Shown here piece after piece: positions 63,724-64,000 of a stretch of DNA of 64,000 nucleotides (the first letter of the stretch is position 1; each line of letters opens with the position of its first letter). Below the pieces are notes generated by a model. The model was not told the origin of the DNA, ran no database searches, and saw only the letters and a program-made list of their open reading frames with translations. The position numbers and the translations under genes were made by a program. The DNA is taken from positions 4,576,001 through 4,640,000 of the forward strand of contig OZ253470.1 of the NCBI GenBank assembly GCA_965261735.1, written 5' to 3'. This stretch comes from Alphaproteobacteria bacterium (lineage in GTDB: Bacteria > Pseudomonadota > Alphaproteobacteria > SHVV01).

Positions 63724-64000
63724 ATGCACGACATCGCCATTCGTCAGGAGATTGTCGACCGGGTGATCGCCAAGCGCAGCCGGTTGCACCTTCGAAAGTC
63801 TCGATCCCAAGAAGACCGCGTTCGTCGTGGTCGACATGCAGAACGCGTTCCGCGCGCCGGGCGCACCGGTCGAGGTGCCGGCCTCGCGCGGCGTCGTACC
63901 GGCGATCAACAGGCTTGCAGCCGAGGTCCGCCAGACGAATGGCACCGTCATCTGGATGGTGGGCGTGGTCAGGGACAGCGCCGGCATGGACAACCGGGGA
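63724..64000 (+). pseudogene. isochorismatase/cysteine hydrolase family gene, partial, apparent frameshift
   Basis: MHDIAIRQEIVDRVIAKR, then a frame change at ~63790 to FESLDPKKTAFVVVDMQNAF; runs off the window. Confidence 0.65.

Overview
GC-rich (roughly two-thirds by eye), probably alphaproteobacterial chromosomal DNA, with no rRNA, tRNA or CRISPR visible. It falls into three zones. (1) 1-18.3 kb is an accessory catabolic zone: tandem NicX/M29-like metalloenzymes, two Rieske oxygenase alpha subunits, an amidase, an atypical amidinotransferase-superfamily enzyme, a secreted nuclease-like protein, a secreted beta-helix protein and a hydantoinase/oxoprolinase A+B pair. It ends in a chimeric mobile-element scar. 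(2) 18.4-45.1 kb is an apparently intact block with a sugar-type ABC importer and a large nucleotide/nucleoside scavenging cluster (hydA, 5'-nucleotidase, preA/preT, beta-ureidopropionase, amn, cdd, PNP, deoC, two-domain ALDH, deoA, add, a TrpF-like gene, nucleoside ABC importer, ICL/PEPM-family lyase). (3) 45.3-64 kb is a second decaying catabolic zone: a collapsed branched-chain ABC operon, a second hydantoinase pair, an amidohydrolase, three more Rieske genes, an OYE-like flavoenzyme, RidA and an LLM oxidoreductase. Five complete IS copies have readable TIRs and target duplications (IS1595 x2, IS3, IS1182, IS630). Gene lesions appear only in the two flanking zones. I see no clear new defence or mobile-element system. 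The best candidates for undescribed biology are the N-heterocycle/amine catabolic modules with altered active-site motifs and the TrpF-like gene inside the nucleoside operon. All family calls come from motif recognition by eye, not database searches.
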